Positions 49,851 to 60,127 of a stretch of DNA of 64,000 bases are shown here, piece by piece (within the stretch, counting starts at the first letter, position 1; each line of letters starts with the position of its first letter). Under the pieces are notes generated by a model. The model was not told the origin of the DNA, made no database searches, and was given only the letters and a program-made list of their open reading frames with translations. The translations under genes and the position numbers were made by a program. Origin of the DNA: Calditrichaceae bacterium. GTDB lineage: Bacteria; Calditrichota; Calditrichia; Calditrichales; JBFXGD01. Where the stretch lies: NCBI GenBank assembly GCA_050173015.1, contig JBFXLE010000006.1, positions 128,001 to 192,000 on the forward strand, read 5' to 3'.

Positions 49851-52781
49851 ATGATGATTCTTCGAATTCTTGGTTTTGTGCTCCCGTTAATTCTGCTGGT
49901 AAATTCCTCCTATTCTCAGCAAACCATTAAAATTTGCGCCATCAGGGTGGAATTTTTGGCTGATGAGAATGAATTAACTTCCGGTGACGGCAAATTTATG
50001 ATCGATTCCACCACTACAGATCCTTTTGCAATCGATCCTGCACCACACAACCGCACGTATTTTAACGATCAAATGCTCGCGGCAGCTAATTATTATCAGA
50101 ATGTATCAAACGGACGGATTGTTATTGAGAGTGATGTTTTCCCGCAAGCGCTGAACACCTCGTATCAATTACCGCAAAAAATGGGGTACTATAACCCGAA
50201 TACCGGCGATGCTGCTACAAATCTCGGGTTGAGCAGGCTTCTGAGCGATGCGGTAAGCGCCGCGGACGCGGATACAACATTTTTGTTTGCTGATTACGAT
50301 CTGGTTATTGTTTTTCATGCCGGTGTAGGAAAAGATATTGACGTGGGGTTCGATGATACTCCACAGGATATACCTTCCCTTTTTATCACATCGCGATTCC
50401 TGAAAACAGCCTTCGGGGAAGATTTCGAGGGTGTTTCCGCAGACAATGGTTCTTATCTGATCGACCGGGGAATTATTATGCCGGAGACTGAAAATCAGGA
50501 TGGACTGCAGATCGCCATGACCGGAATCCTTGTATCTAACATCGGGAGTTATCTTGGTCTGTATGATTTATTCAGTCCAACAACTCAACGGTCAGGAGTT
50601 GGCAGATTTGATCTGATGGATGTGGGATTAGTGAATCTTAACGGTTTGATTCCTTCACCCCCGGGCGCCTATTCCAGAACACTTTTGGGATGGGATGAAC
50701 CATATCTGGCAGATGTTCCGCAAAACGATATCCGTCTTGGAAGAATCGGGGGTAGCATTCCGGCGGACCGTCATTCTATCGTAAAAATCCCGATTAATGA
50801 TGATGAATACTATCTGCTGGAAAATCGAGGCGACTATCTTGTCAATATGGATTCCTTATTTTTTGTTCTCTACGAAAGCCGTGAAACACCTCCTTCCTAT
50901 CTGGAAGTATTGAAGACATATTTTCCTGATCGGATCAACGTTTCTGACTCAAGCGGAGTCCTGCTCAGTGTTGAAGATTATGACTGGGGGCTCCCCGGTT
51001 CCGGAGTCCTGATCTGGCATATAGATGAGCGTATAATCACTGAAAAAAAGGATGATAATAAAATAAATGATGATCCGGCCCTCAGGGGGGTGGATATTGA
51101 AGAAGCCGACGGATCGCAGGATATCGGAAAATTATATTCCATCATAGAGAGCGGTTATCAGTCAGAACTTGGTACATGGCTGGATTTCTGGTTCAGGGGG
51201 AATCCGTCTCCTTTGTACAAAAATGAATTTTCAACGGTAAGCGCTCCCGCCACACGGGCAAATCTGAATAACGCGGTTTCGCATATAACACTCAAAAATT
51301 TCAGCGGCAGAAATGCGAATATGATATCCTTTGACTATCTTCGGGACTATTATGAACCCGGTTTTCCCATAAAGATTTCAGAAACAAATTCAACTTTCAA
51401 CGCGATTGTAGCTGGGAAAGTGGAGAATTTTGATAACTCATTCCTGTTTGGGATTGACAACAAGGGGATTATTTACGCGGTCGGACCGGAGGGGAAGGGA
51501 CTTCTAAGTGATGATGATACCGGATTGGCGGAAATCACTGCTGCTGGGGGATCTGTAAATCTTGTCTTGGCGGACGCGGATCAGAATGGCCAAAATGATT
51601 TTCTGTTTGCGTCTACTGTTGATTCCGTTTATGGGTTTGATCTGCGCTCACCTCTTGCCGCATCACTGTTTACACCGGTTGGTACTGGTTCTGAAATCAT
51701 TACACCGCTTATTGTTTCAGGGAACGCTGTTTATTTCGGATGTTCAAATGATACCGTTTATACCCTGAATTTTAACGGTGACATATCAGCGAGGTATTCA
51801 AATACTGAATTATCAACTGATTTTGTGGTTTACAACGGCCATCCGGTGTTCGCGAATGGTTTTAAGTCCGGTTCTTCCGCGATCGCGCCGATGCTCCGGG
51901 CGGATGAATTAAATCTTATCATTTATGATGACGAAACAGGCTTTTTCAGGATATTTGATGTGGACGGCAATGAGCAGCTTACGAATTTTAAAGCCGCCTC
52001 GGTACCGACAGGACAATTCGTGGTTGCCGATTTGGATGACAATGGAACGTTTGATATTGTTTATGCCGGTTCTGATAAAATATACGCTATAAATGCCAGA
52101 GGTTTCAGCCTTGATGGATTCCCAATCCGCGCGGATTTAACAAATGGGGAAATGTTTGTCGGTTCACCTTTAGTACTTGATGCCGATGGCAGCGGCGATG
52201 CGGATCTACTCCTTTCCACCGATAAAGGACAGGTCAGAGGATACCGGCAGAATGGCCGTCTGCTGCAGGGTTACCCGTTGGCAGCCGGAGGCGTTCTGCA
52301 TGATTCACCGGTTGTTCTTCAACTTGATGGGGACGAACAACTTGAACTGGCCGTTAGAAATCTGGAAGGATCGCTCTATGTCTGGCAATTGCCGGTTACA
52401 GAAGCTGAAGCGGACATAAAATGGGGTCAGGCAAATCTTAATGAATATGCGAATGTCCTGCTTTCTGAAGGATTAATTTATAAGCCGATATCGTCTAAAC
52501 TGATGCCTGCAAACAGGGTGTATAACTATCCGAATCCTAATGAAGGTGGATTTACAAAAATCAGATATTACCTTAACGAACCGGCGACCGTCAAAATCAG
52601 GATTTTTGATACGGCGGGTATGGCGGTTGCCTCCTTTGAAGGTCCGGGATATGCTGGTGCCGATAATGAGGTTGTCTGGAATGTCTCCGGTATCGCATCC
52701 GGCATTTATCTCTGCCAGATTGATGCTAAAGCCGATGGAAAATCTGAGTCGAAAGTTATCAAAATTATGGTTGTTCACTAA
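49851..52781 (+). CDS. M6 (immune inhibitor A)-like domain + FG-GAP propeller + T9SS-type C-terminal domain protein; zinc motif degenerate
   Basis: Signal peptide; VFHAG, DLMD.G, EYYLLENR, G.LIWHIDE and EEADG; DxDxDG repeats; C-terminus YNYPNP...ASGIY...KIMVVH. Confidence 0.8.
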   Translation: MMILRILGFVLPLILLVNSSYSQQTIKICAIRVEFLADENELTSGDGKFMIDSTTTDPFAIDPAPHNRTYFNDQMLAAANYYQNVSNGRIVIESDVFPQALNTSYQLPQKMGYYNPNTGDAATNLGLSRLLSDAVSAADADTTFLFADYDLVIVFHAGVGKDIDVGFDDTPQDIPSLFITSRFLKTAFGEDFEGVSADNGSYLIDRGIIMPETENQDGLQIAMTGILVSNIGSYLGLYDLFSPTTQRSGVGRFDLMDVGLVNLNGLIPSPPGAYSRTLLGWDEPYLADVPQNDIRLGRIGGSIPADRHSIVKIPINDDEYYLLENRGDYLVNMDSLFFVLYESRETPPSYLEVLKTYFPDRINVSDSSGVLLSVEDYDWGLPGSGVLIWHIDERIITEKKDDNKINDDPALRGVDIEEADGSQDIGKLYSIIESGYQSELGTWLDFWFRGNPSPLYKNEFSTVSAPATRANLNNAVSHITLKNFSGRNANMISFDYLRDYYEPGFPIKISETNSTFNAIVAGKVENFDNSFLFGIDNKGIIYAVGPEGKGLLSDDDTGLAEITAAGGSVNLVLADADQNGQNDFLFASTVDSVYGFDLRSPLAASLFTPVGTGSEIITPLIVSGNAVYFGCSNDTVYTLNFNGDISARYSNTELSTDFVVYNGHPVFANGFKSGSSAIAPMLRADELNLIIYDDETGFFRIFDVDGNEQLTNFKAASVPTGQFVVADLDDNGTFDIVYAGSDKIYAINARGFSLDGFPIRADLTNGEMFVGSPLVLDADGSGDADLLLSTDKGQVRGYRQNGRLLQGYPLAAGGVLHDSPVVLQLDGDEQLELAVRNLEGSLYVWQLPVTEAEADIKWGQANLNEYANVLLSEGLIYKPISSKLMPANRVYNYPNPNEGGFTKIRYYLNEPATVKIRIFDTAGMAVASFEGPGYAGADNEVVWNVSGIASGIYLCQIDAKADGKSESKVIKIMVVH

Positions 52782-52794
52782 TGCGGGAAGCTAG

Positions 52795-55700
52795 ATGCAG
52801 CGAAAAGTAATATTTTTTTTAATCGTTCTTTTAATCAGTACCGGCTGGTCACAACAATATGAATATCATCATCCGGAGCTCAAATGGGAGACCTTTGACA
52901 CGGATCATTTCACCGTGCATTTTCATCAGGGGACGCGTCAGACCGCATTCATTGTCGCTAAAATTGCCGAAGATATATATCCCCATATAACCGGACTTTA
53001 TAATTATAGGCCGAAAGGGAAAATACACTTCATCATAAAAGATACCGATGATTATTCAAACGGCGGGGCATTCTTTTTTGACGATAAGGTAGAAATCTGG
53101 GCATCTAATCTTGACTATGTCATGCGCGGAACAAAAAACTGGCTTCGCGATGTGGTGACACACGAATTCACGCATATGATTTCGATTCAAAAGGCAGTGA
53201 AGACGAATACATTATTCCCTTATGGATTTTTCCAGGTGTTCGGTTATGAAAATGAGCGGCGCAAAGATGTGGTGCGCGGATTTCCTAACACAATCGTTTC
53301 TTATCCCATAAGCTCAATAAATATACCCGTGTGGTTTGCGGAAGGCGTTGCCCAGTACCAGGCGGACAGCAGCCGGTATGATTACCGGGATCCTCATCGG
53401 GAGATGATTGTACGAGACAGGATACTTAACGATAAATTACTGACGTACAATGAAATGACCGTTTTCGGGAAAAACAGCCATGGGAATGAGTCTTCTTATA
53501 ATCTGGGATTTTCGTTTGTAAATTATCTGACGGATCGTTTTGATGAAAAAATTCTGGAAAAAATTACCGAAATATCATCGCGCTGGAATTCCTACACGTT
53601 TGAGGGAGTGATCAGAAAGGCGACCGGCGTCCAGGTGGAAATTCTGTACTCGGACTGGAAGGATTCCCTCCAAACAGTTTATGAACAAAGAACGGAAGAA
53701 ATCCGCAAGAATCTGGTCAGGGGCCGCGCCATAGAGAAAGAGGGTTTTAGTAATCTTTATCCGGCATGGTCACCGGACGGTTCAAAAATTGCTTATCTTT
53801 CAAATGCGGGTGAAGATTATTTCGGTGAAAATCGTCTTGTACTTTACGACAGGAAAACCGGATCAAAGAAAAATATTACCGGGTTAGTATCATCTTCTCT
53901 TTCATGGTCGCCGGATGGAAAATATCTTGCTTATGCCCGTCAAATCCGCGGTAAAAATGAGTCGTCATTTTACGATTTATTTCTGTTTGATATACAGGAA
54001 AACAAAGAAATTCGTCTCACGAAGGGACTCAGAGGAACCAATCCCGATTTTAGTCATGACGGCAAACGGATCGTATTTGTAACATCAACGAATGGTCTGA
54101 ATCAGCTTAATATTTATGATTTGCCCGAATCATTTGACCGGAATGATGAGCAGGTCATCTACGCGGATATGGAAACCGGTAGAATGGTTCCGGAAAAGAC
54201 GAACAAGACCGGTTTAAGGGAAATCCGGATGGTGGGCGGTAAGATTCAGCAGGTTTTAGTATTTGAGGATAACAGGCAGATATATCACCCACGCTGGTCA
54301 AACGATGATTCTGAAATTATTTTTGATACAGCAATCGGTTACGGACGTAATTTAGGTGTTTATGATCTGAATAAAAAAAGTTTCAATATTTTCATGGATG
54401 CGCCGGAGGAAATTCGATACCCGGTATTTAAACCCAATTCGCCATGGTTGTATTATTCGGCAAGTACCAGCGGAATTTATAACATCTACAGATATAATCC
54501 GGAAAGCGGTAAGAAAGAGCAGTTGACGAATGTGACAGGCGGCGCCTTCATGCCGTCGGTAAACGCGGAGGGCGATATTGTTTACGCTTGTTACGACAGT
54601 CTCGGCTATCACATATATGAAATACAAAACCCGATGCCTGTTCCGTCTGAAAAGGCGGTCTATGATAATCATTATTCTGCCATGATTCCCGCGAAAAATT
54701 TTGACGATTCAACATATCCTGAATATGAAGTAAAGCCGTATAAAAGAAAATTTTCAGGAATTCATATTTTACCGCGTGTGCTTATCGACTATAAAACAAT
54801 TAAACCCGGATTTTACGTCGTATCTTCAGATGTTCTTCAGAAGACTAATTTTATCGGGGGCGCCGCTGTTAATTCTGATCTGGATTATGATTTATACGCC
54901 TATTTTGAGCTCAAGGAATTATTGTCGTCACTTTTTTTTGAAGTATATAATTCAACCGCAAACATCGAAGACACACTGAGCATAAGAAGAGGTGAATCGT
55001 CATACCTCAGTTTCAAAAGAAATGTAAATTTTAATCTGACAGAAGCAAGGGTCGGTATAAATGCCAGACTGATGGGATTGTTGGATTCGAAAGCGGCGTT
55101 TGTTTACCGGTATTATAACGCTAATCTTGATCCGGCTTCGGCATATAGCGAAAATGAAGGATGGGTTTACATTCCGACGATCCGATATAATTATCTGAAA
55201 GGCTGGGCTCTCGAGTGGAGCGTTTTTGCCGATATGGTTCATCCCGGCAAAGACGAGGAGATAAATCCGTCGGGGGGAAGATATTTTTTTCTGAAACACA
55301 GTTATCAGTCAAATGATTTTTTGGAAGGATTTTCAACCGACAGAAGTCTAGGGCTTGAAGAGTACAGGAACTACACATTTAATCAGATCGAAATGGATTG
55401 GGAGGAGTTCTTTAAAAATCCGTTCCTGGCCGGACACGCTTTTAGTCTGAGGCTGAGAGGGGGGTATATAGACCGGTCCGTGGATAGTTTTTTTAATCTG
55501 TTTGCCGGAGGACTGATTGGTATGAAGGGGTATTCCTACTATAGTCTCGAAGGTAGAAAAAAGCTAATCGGGACAGCCACATATCGATTCCCGGTTCTAA
55601 GCCATATTGATAAACGTATCGGACATCTATATCTTGATAAAGTGTACTTTGGTATGTTCTATGATTTTGGAAACGCCTGGAACGAAGATGAAATTAAATT

Positions 55701-55938
55701 TGAAAAATTTAAGCGCGATGTTGGTTTTCAGTTGAGATTAGACTCATTTTCGTATTATCTTTTCCCGACACGGTTTTTTGCGGAGGCGGTGTATCCGCTG
55801 GATAAAGTTACTAATAACGATACGCTTTATGACAAAGAATGGCGATTCTATTTTGGGGCATTATTTGAATTTGATATACGTGAACGATTCGGCGGTCTGT
55901 TCAGAACAAGTAAATCCGGATCTGACCGAAGATTTTAA
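52795..55938 (+). CDS. peptidase-MA-like + PD40/TolB propeller + Omp85-type beta-barrel outer-membrane protein
   Basis: HEFTH and WFAEG.A motifs; repeats PAWSPDG, SWSPDG and PDFSHDG; C-terminal GG..GMKGY, FYDFGNAW and D.GF.LR barrel motifs. Confidence 0.75.
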   Translation: MQRKVIFFLIVLLISTGWSQQYEYHHPELKWETFDTDHFTVHFHQGTRQTAFIVAKIAEDIYPHITGLYNYRPKGKIHFIIKDTDDYSNGGAFFFDDKVEIWASNLDYVMRGTKNWLRDVVTHEFTHMISIQKAVKTNTLFPYGFFQVFGYENERRKDVVRGFPNTIVSYPISSINIPVWFAEGVAQYQADSSRYDYRDPHREMIVRDRILNDKLLTYNEMTVFGKNSHGNESSYNLGFSFVNYLTDRFDEKILEKITEISSRWNSYTFEGVIRKATGVQVEILYSDWKDSLQTVYEQRTEEIRKNLVRGRAIEKEGFSNLYPAWSPDGSKIAYLSNAGEDYFGENRLVLYDRKTGSKKNITGLVSSSLSWSPDGKYLAYARQIRGKNESSFYDLFLFDIQENKEIRLTKGLRGTNPDFSHDGKRIVFVTSTNGLNQLNIYDLPESFDRNDEQVIYADMETGRMVPEKTNKTGLREIRMVGGKIQQVLVFEDNRQIYHPRWSNDDSEIIFDTAIGYGRNLGVYDLNKKSFNIFMDAPEEIRYPVFKPNSPWLYYSASTSGIYNIYRYNPESGKKEQLTNVTGGAFMPSVNAEGDIVYACYDSLGYHIYEIQNPMPVPSEKAVYDNHYSAMIPAKNFDDSTYPEYEVKPYKRKFSGIHILPRVLIDYKTIKPGFYVVSSDVLQKTNFIGGAAVNSDLDYDLYAYFELKELLSSLFFEVYNSTANIEDTLSIRRGESSYLSFKRNVNFNLTEARVGINARLMGLLDSKAAFVYRYYNANLDPASAYSENEGWVYIPTIRYNYLKGWALEWSVFADMVHPGKDEEINPSGGRYFFLKHSYQSNDFLEGFSTDRSLGLEEYRNYTFNQIEMDWEEFFKNPFLAGHAFSLRLRGGYIDRSVDSFFNLFAGGLIGMKGYSYYSLEGRKKLIGTATYRFPVLSHIDKRIGHLYLDKVYFGMFYDFGNAWNEDEIKFEKFKRDVGFQLRLDSFSYYLFPTRFFAEAVYPLDKVTNNDTLYDKEWRFYFGALFEFDIRERFGGLFRTSKSGSDRRF

Positions 55939-55960
55939 TTAGATTCCGGAAGGAGAGATA

Positions 55961-56869
55961 ATGCGTTATCTTCATATCGTTTTAGTCCTCTTGATGTGCG
56001 CGTCAGTATTTGGTAAGGCCGATCCCGGTTCTGAACCAGACACATCTCAGATCGCGATTGCCGGTTCGGCGTCATTGACCCTGAATAGTGACAGGTTCGA
56101 TCTGCTTGAACAGGTGAAAACAGAAACGCAGGTCGTTGAAAATAAAAATAGAAAATCGGGACTTAAGGCAGCCATGATGTCGGCAATCATACCGGGCGCC
56201 GGTGAATACTACGCGAAATCCTATTGGAAAAGCGCCCTGTTCCTGAGTGTCGAAATCCTTGCCTGGACCGGGTATTTCATCTATGAACATAAAGGTGATA
56301 CCGAAGATAAAAAAATGCGGGGTTTCGCGGACAAAAACTGGAGTGAACAGCGTTACTGGTCAAGGGTTTATGACGAGGCGGTTAAAAGAGATAAATGGAC
56401 GGGAGATCCGCTTTCTGTAGATGAAAACAGAATTATTTTAAATGATGACTATACGAACGACACCATTTCAGAGTTACGTCGTCTTGAAAGAAGCGGTGAG
56501 CTTGGTTTCACCCATACACTCCCGGAAACAAAGACACAGCAGTATTATGAGATGATTTACAAGTATCTTCTGCAATTTGGCGGGGGATGGGTTGATGTAC
56601 CTTCAATCGACTATTACAATCAGTCGAATTTTACACAGCCTACGCCGCTCATCAGCCGGTACCGGGATATTCGGAATACCAGTAATGATTTTTATGATCT
56701 GGCTACGACCATGTCAGGGGTGGCCCTGATGAATCATTTGTTAAGCGCGTTGGATGGCGCGTTGTCAGTGAAGAAGTATAATAAACGTGTCGGATATTCT
56801 GTCAGGATTGGCCAACAATATTATGCGGGTGAGAGGATGCGGACTTACGGAGTTTACTTTTCATGGTAA
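55961..56869 (+). CDS. exported/membrane hypothetical protein (DUF5683-like)
   Basis: Signal peptide; KS..KAAMMSAIIPGAGEYY; NH.LSA.D. Confidence 0.65.
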   Translation: MRYLHIVLVLLMCASVFGKADPGSEPDTSQIAIAGSASLTLNSDRFDLLEQVKTETQVVENKNRKSGLKAAMMSAIIPGAGEYYAKSYWKSALFLSVEILAWTGYFIYEHKGDTEDKKMRGFADKNWSEQRYWSRVYDEAVKRDKWTGDPLSVDENRIILNDDYTNDTISELRRLERSGELGFTHTLPETKTQQYYEMIYKYLLQFGGGWVDVPSIDYYNQSNFTQPTPLISRYRDIRNTSNDFYDLATTMSGVALMNHLLSALDGALSVKKYNKRVGYSVRIGQQYYAGERMRTYGVYFSW

Positions 56870-56930
56870 TTGGAAAGACCGTTTTGCCAAAATTGATTCA
56901 ATTTTACAATCACATATGTCTGGAAATGTA

Positions 56931-57719
56931 ATGATAAAGTTAAAGATCTCGCTATTTTTAGGAATATTTGCCATAATACCGGCAATCTTGTCTGCCCAGG
57001 AAAATCCGGTCCATATTCCGTTCAATCCTTCCTTATCATATACTCAAAATGATGCTAAAATTTCCGGTTTTGCGGAAATACCTGTCACAGATCGGCTGGT
57101 TCAGGAAAATGATGGGCTATTGAACGCGCCACAGAAAAAATCGGTTGGAAAAGCGCTCCTGCTCAGCCTTCTGCTTCCCGGAAGCGGTGAATATTATACC
57201 GGACATGGTAGTTCAGCCAAATTTTTTCTCGGCGTCGAACTGCTTGCCTGGGGCGGATGGTTAGCAAATACCCTGCATGTAAACCGGCTTGAAGACGCTT
57301 ATACGGCTTACGCTTCACAACACGCGGGAGTGAATAAAAACGGCAAGGATGATCAGTATTGGATCGATATAGGGAAATATGATAATATCTATGATTTTAA
57401 TGAACAGAGGCGTCGCGACCGGGACATTGACGCGATTTATACTGAAAATGATCTGAATTACTGGGAATGGGATTCGAGTGATAACCGCTTAATCTTTGAC
57501 GGTAAACGCATTCACGCGTCGGAAATAGCCAATCAGGATATTTATTATGTCGCCGCCATCGTTCTTAACCATATGGTAAGCGGAATCAACGCCATGCGCC
57601 TGGCCAGAAAACATAACCGCAATATTGCGGAACAAACTTCATGGAACGTTAAATTCTCCTCACATAACTACGCCGGAAATGATCGCTTTATTGGATTTCA
57701 AATTTCAGCCCGGTTCTGA
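56931..57719 (+). CDS. exported/membrane hypothetical protein (DUF5683-like), paralogue of the preceding gene
   Basis: KSVGKALLLSLLLPGSGEYY, VELLAW.G and NH.VS.I.A; C-terminal Phe. Start uncertain (56916 or 56931). Confidence 0.62.
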   Translation: MIKLKISLFLGIFAIIPAILSAQENPVHIPFNPSLSYTQNDAKISGFAEIPVTDRLVQENDGLLNAPQKKSVGKALLLSLLLPGSGEYYTGHGSSAKFFLGVELLAWGGWLANTLHVNRLEDAYTAYASQHAGVNKNGKDDQYWIDIGKYDNIYDFNEQRRRDRDIDAIYTENDLNYWEWDSSDNRLIFDGKRIHASEIANQDIYYVAAIVLNHMVSGINAMRLARKHNRNIAEQTSWNVKFSSHNYAGNDRFIGFQISARF

Positions 57720-57724
57720 TTAAA

Positions 57725-58660
57725 ATGAATAAAAAAGTACTCATTACCGGTATAAGCGGCTTTATCGGTCAGTATCTATGGCTGACCAGGCCAAACGGTG
57801 TTTTATTGTCAGGGACCTGCAGAGCGCCTGATGAATGGGCTCTAAATTTCTTTGGAAAATCCCTTTTAGATCAACCGAATGTCTTGTCTTATGATCTGCT
57901 TAGGGATCCGGTGTCACAATTGGAAAAACAGCATCCTGATATCATTATTCACGCGGCAGCCATGGCCAACCTTGGCATGTGTGAAAAAGAGCCGGAACTT
58001 GCCGCGCGGGTCAATTCCGGGGCCACGGAAAAGTTGGCTGTCTGGAGCGCGGATCGAGGCATCCGTCTGATATTTTTATCAACGGATATCGTTTTTAAAG
58101 GCGACCATCCCCCTTACACGGAAGACAGCCATCCCGATCCTGTCAATATTTACGGTAAAACAAAACTTGAGGCTGAAAAAGCGGTAACGACCTTAATGAA
58201 TGATTTTGCGATTGTCAGGATTGCTCTCGGTCTTGGCAGAGGACTCGGTACAACAACCAACTTTATCGACTGGTTTCTCAATCGACTTGATCAGAAAATG
58301 GAGATTCCTCTGTTTTATGATGAAATCCGGACGCCGACTGCCGTCCGGTATCTCGCGGATACAATCTGGAAAATAGCTTTAGGGGAGGAGACAGGTCTTT
58401 TCCACGTTTCAGGCGCGGATTCTCTCAGCCGTCAGGAACTTGGGCTTTCGATATGTAAATCCCTGGGGAGAGGGCGCGATCTGATAAAGCCGGTATCAAT
58501 AATGTCCATGGCGGATTACAGACGGCCCGCGGATGTCTCGTTAAAATCGGTCAGATCAGTGGATGGAAAAATCCTTTCTGTTCCCGGAATCAGACAAGTG
58601 CTAAATGAAACATTGAAAAAGCATAACGGAATGGGTATGCAGGCAGAGGATGTTAAATGA
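57725..58660 (+). CDS. RmlD-like SDR family oxidoreductase
   Basis: ITGISGFIG, STDIVFKG, YGKTK and DEIRTP motifs. Confidence 0.85.
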   Translation: MNKKVLITGISGFIGQYLWLTRPNGVLLSGTCRAPDEWALNFFGKSLLDQPNVLSYDLLRDPVSQLEKQHPDIIIHAAAMANLGMCEKEPELAARVNSGATEKLAVWSADRGIRLIFLSTDIVFKGDHPPYTEDSHPDPVNIYGKTKLEAEKAVTTLMNDFAIVRIALGLGRGLGTTTNFIDWFLNRLDQKMEIPLFYDEIRTPTAVRYLADTIWKIALGEETGLFHVSGADSLSRQELGLSICKSLGRGRDLIKPVSIMSMADYRRPADVSLKSVRSVDGKILSVPGIRQVLNETLKKHNGMGMQAEDVK

Positions 58661-59988
58661 CCGCGCGGGAAATTGCATTCAGAGTGTTATTAAATTTCGA
58701 AGATAAAAAACCACGCTTAGATGATTTGCTGGATGATGCGTATTCCAAATACAAAATCAGCCGGCAGGATAGAAAACTGTTAAAGAATATCACATCCGGA
58801 GTCGTACGCAATTTAACATATCTGGATTGGATCGCTTCTCAAGTCTATCACGGCCGATACAAAAAAATGCTCAAAAAAATCAAAATTATATTGAGAATGG
58901 CGCTTTATGAGCTCATTTTTGTCGAGCATATTCCGGCGCGCGCGACCATAAATGAATATGTCAATCTTGCTAAAAAAACGGCGGGCATGGGTTCCGGAGG
59001 TCAGGTTAACGGTATGCTTAGAACCTATGTTCGCGAATCCGGAAATTTGCAGCCGGAAAATTCAATAAATGCGCGAGCTGAACTCATCGCGGTAAAATAT
59101 TCATTTCCCGAATGGCTTGTTAAACGCTGGATAAGTATCTGGGGTGAATCTGAAACAGAAGCGTTATGTGAAGCCATGAACGCGCTTCCAGTGTTTGATA
59201 TCCGTATAAACACCGGAAAAATTGCGATTCCCGATTTTATAGATTTATTAACGGAAAATAAAATCGCTTTTCAGGTATCAGAGCACTTTGATGATATGTT
59301 GAAGGTATCAGATATTCAGGCTGTCCGGAATAATAATTGGTTTGATGAGGGGCTTTGCAGTATCCAGGACGAAAGCGCCCATATTCCGGTTGAACTGCTT
59401 GATCTCCGGTCAGGAGACAGGGTGCTGGATATTTGTGCCGCGCCCGGTGGAAAGTACACCCAGATCTTAAAATATCATCCTGATCAAATTCTGGCGGTAG
59501 CTGTGGATCAGGATTTTGAACGTTTGAAAATAGTGAAAGAAAATGTTCAAAGGCTGGGATTTAAGAACCGGCATTTTATCGTGGCTGACGGACGCGCCTT
59601 GCCGTTTAAATCCGTATTTAATAAAATATTGCTGGACGCTCCGTGCTCCGGGCTGGGTGTGATCAATAAGCATCCGGATATTAAATGGAGAAGGGATATG
59701 AATCAGATTATGGAGTTTGCAAAATTACAGGAAAGTATCCTCTCTCAAGCCGGTGAATTACTTGCCATTGGAGGTCATCTGGTTTACAGCACCTGCACAG
59801 TTGATCCGATGGAAAATGAGATGGTCATCCAGGATTTCATGGAGCGAAACGCGGAACAATTTGAATTATCCGAACCACCGGCAAAATTCAGCGGATGGGT
59901 TTCTGATTCCTTAATCCGTACCTTTCCGCACCGAGGTCAGAAAGATGGAAGTTTCTGCGCCCTGCTTCATAAAAAACCACTTTTTTAG
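58657..59988 (+). CDS. rsmB: 16S rRNA (cytosine967-C5)-methyltransferase
   Basis: NusB-like N-terminus; IQDE, DICAAPGGK, DAPCSGLG...HPDIKW and YSTCT motifs. Confidence 0.94.
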   Translation: MTAREIAFRVLLNFEDKKPRLDDLLDDAYSKYKISRQDRKLLKNITSGVVRNLTYLDWIASQVYHGRYKKMLKKIKIILRMALYELIFVEHIPARATINEYVNLAKKTAGMGSGGQVNGMLRTYVRESGNLQPENSINARAELIAVKYSFPEWLVKRWISIWGESETEALCEAMNALPVFDIRINTGKIAIPDFIDLLTENKIAFQVSEHFDDMLKVSDIQAVRNNNWFDEGLCSIQDESAHIPVELLDLRSGDRVLDICAAPGGKYTQILKYHPDQILAVAVDQDFERLKIVKENVQRLGFKNRHFIVADGRALPFKSVFNKILLDAPCSGLGVINKHPDIKWRRDMNQIMEFAKLQESILSQAGELLAIGGHLVYSTCTVDPMENEMVIQDFMERNAEQFELSEPPAKFSGWVSDSLIRTFPHRGQKDGSFCALLHKKPLF

Positions 59989-59997
59989 ACTAATCGC

Positions 59998-60026
59998 TTG
60001 ATAAGGTGAATTTAATTAAATACATT
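59998..60026 (+). promoter_or_regulatory. candidate sigma70 promoter for lysC-lysA
   Basis: TTGATA, 17 nt, TACATT. Confidence 0.5.
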
Positions 60027-60127
60027 CAGCGCTCATAAAAAAATGAACTATATTGGCGAATGGACTGACTCAGTCACAGACTATTCTTGCCAACTGATTG
60101 AATAATCTGGACGGACGGCAAAAAATT

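Noticed and set aside
60027..60127. Lysine riboswitch or attenuator before lysC
   Set aside because: The leader is only about 100 nt, too short for the lysine aptamer. The small ORF there (MNYIGEW...) has no Lys codons and there is no terminator.
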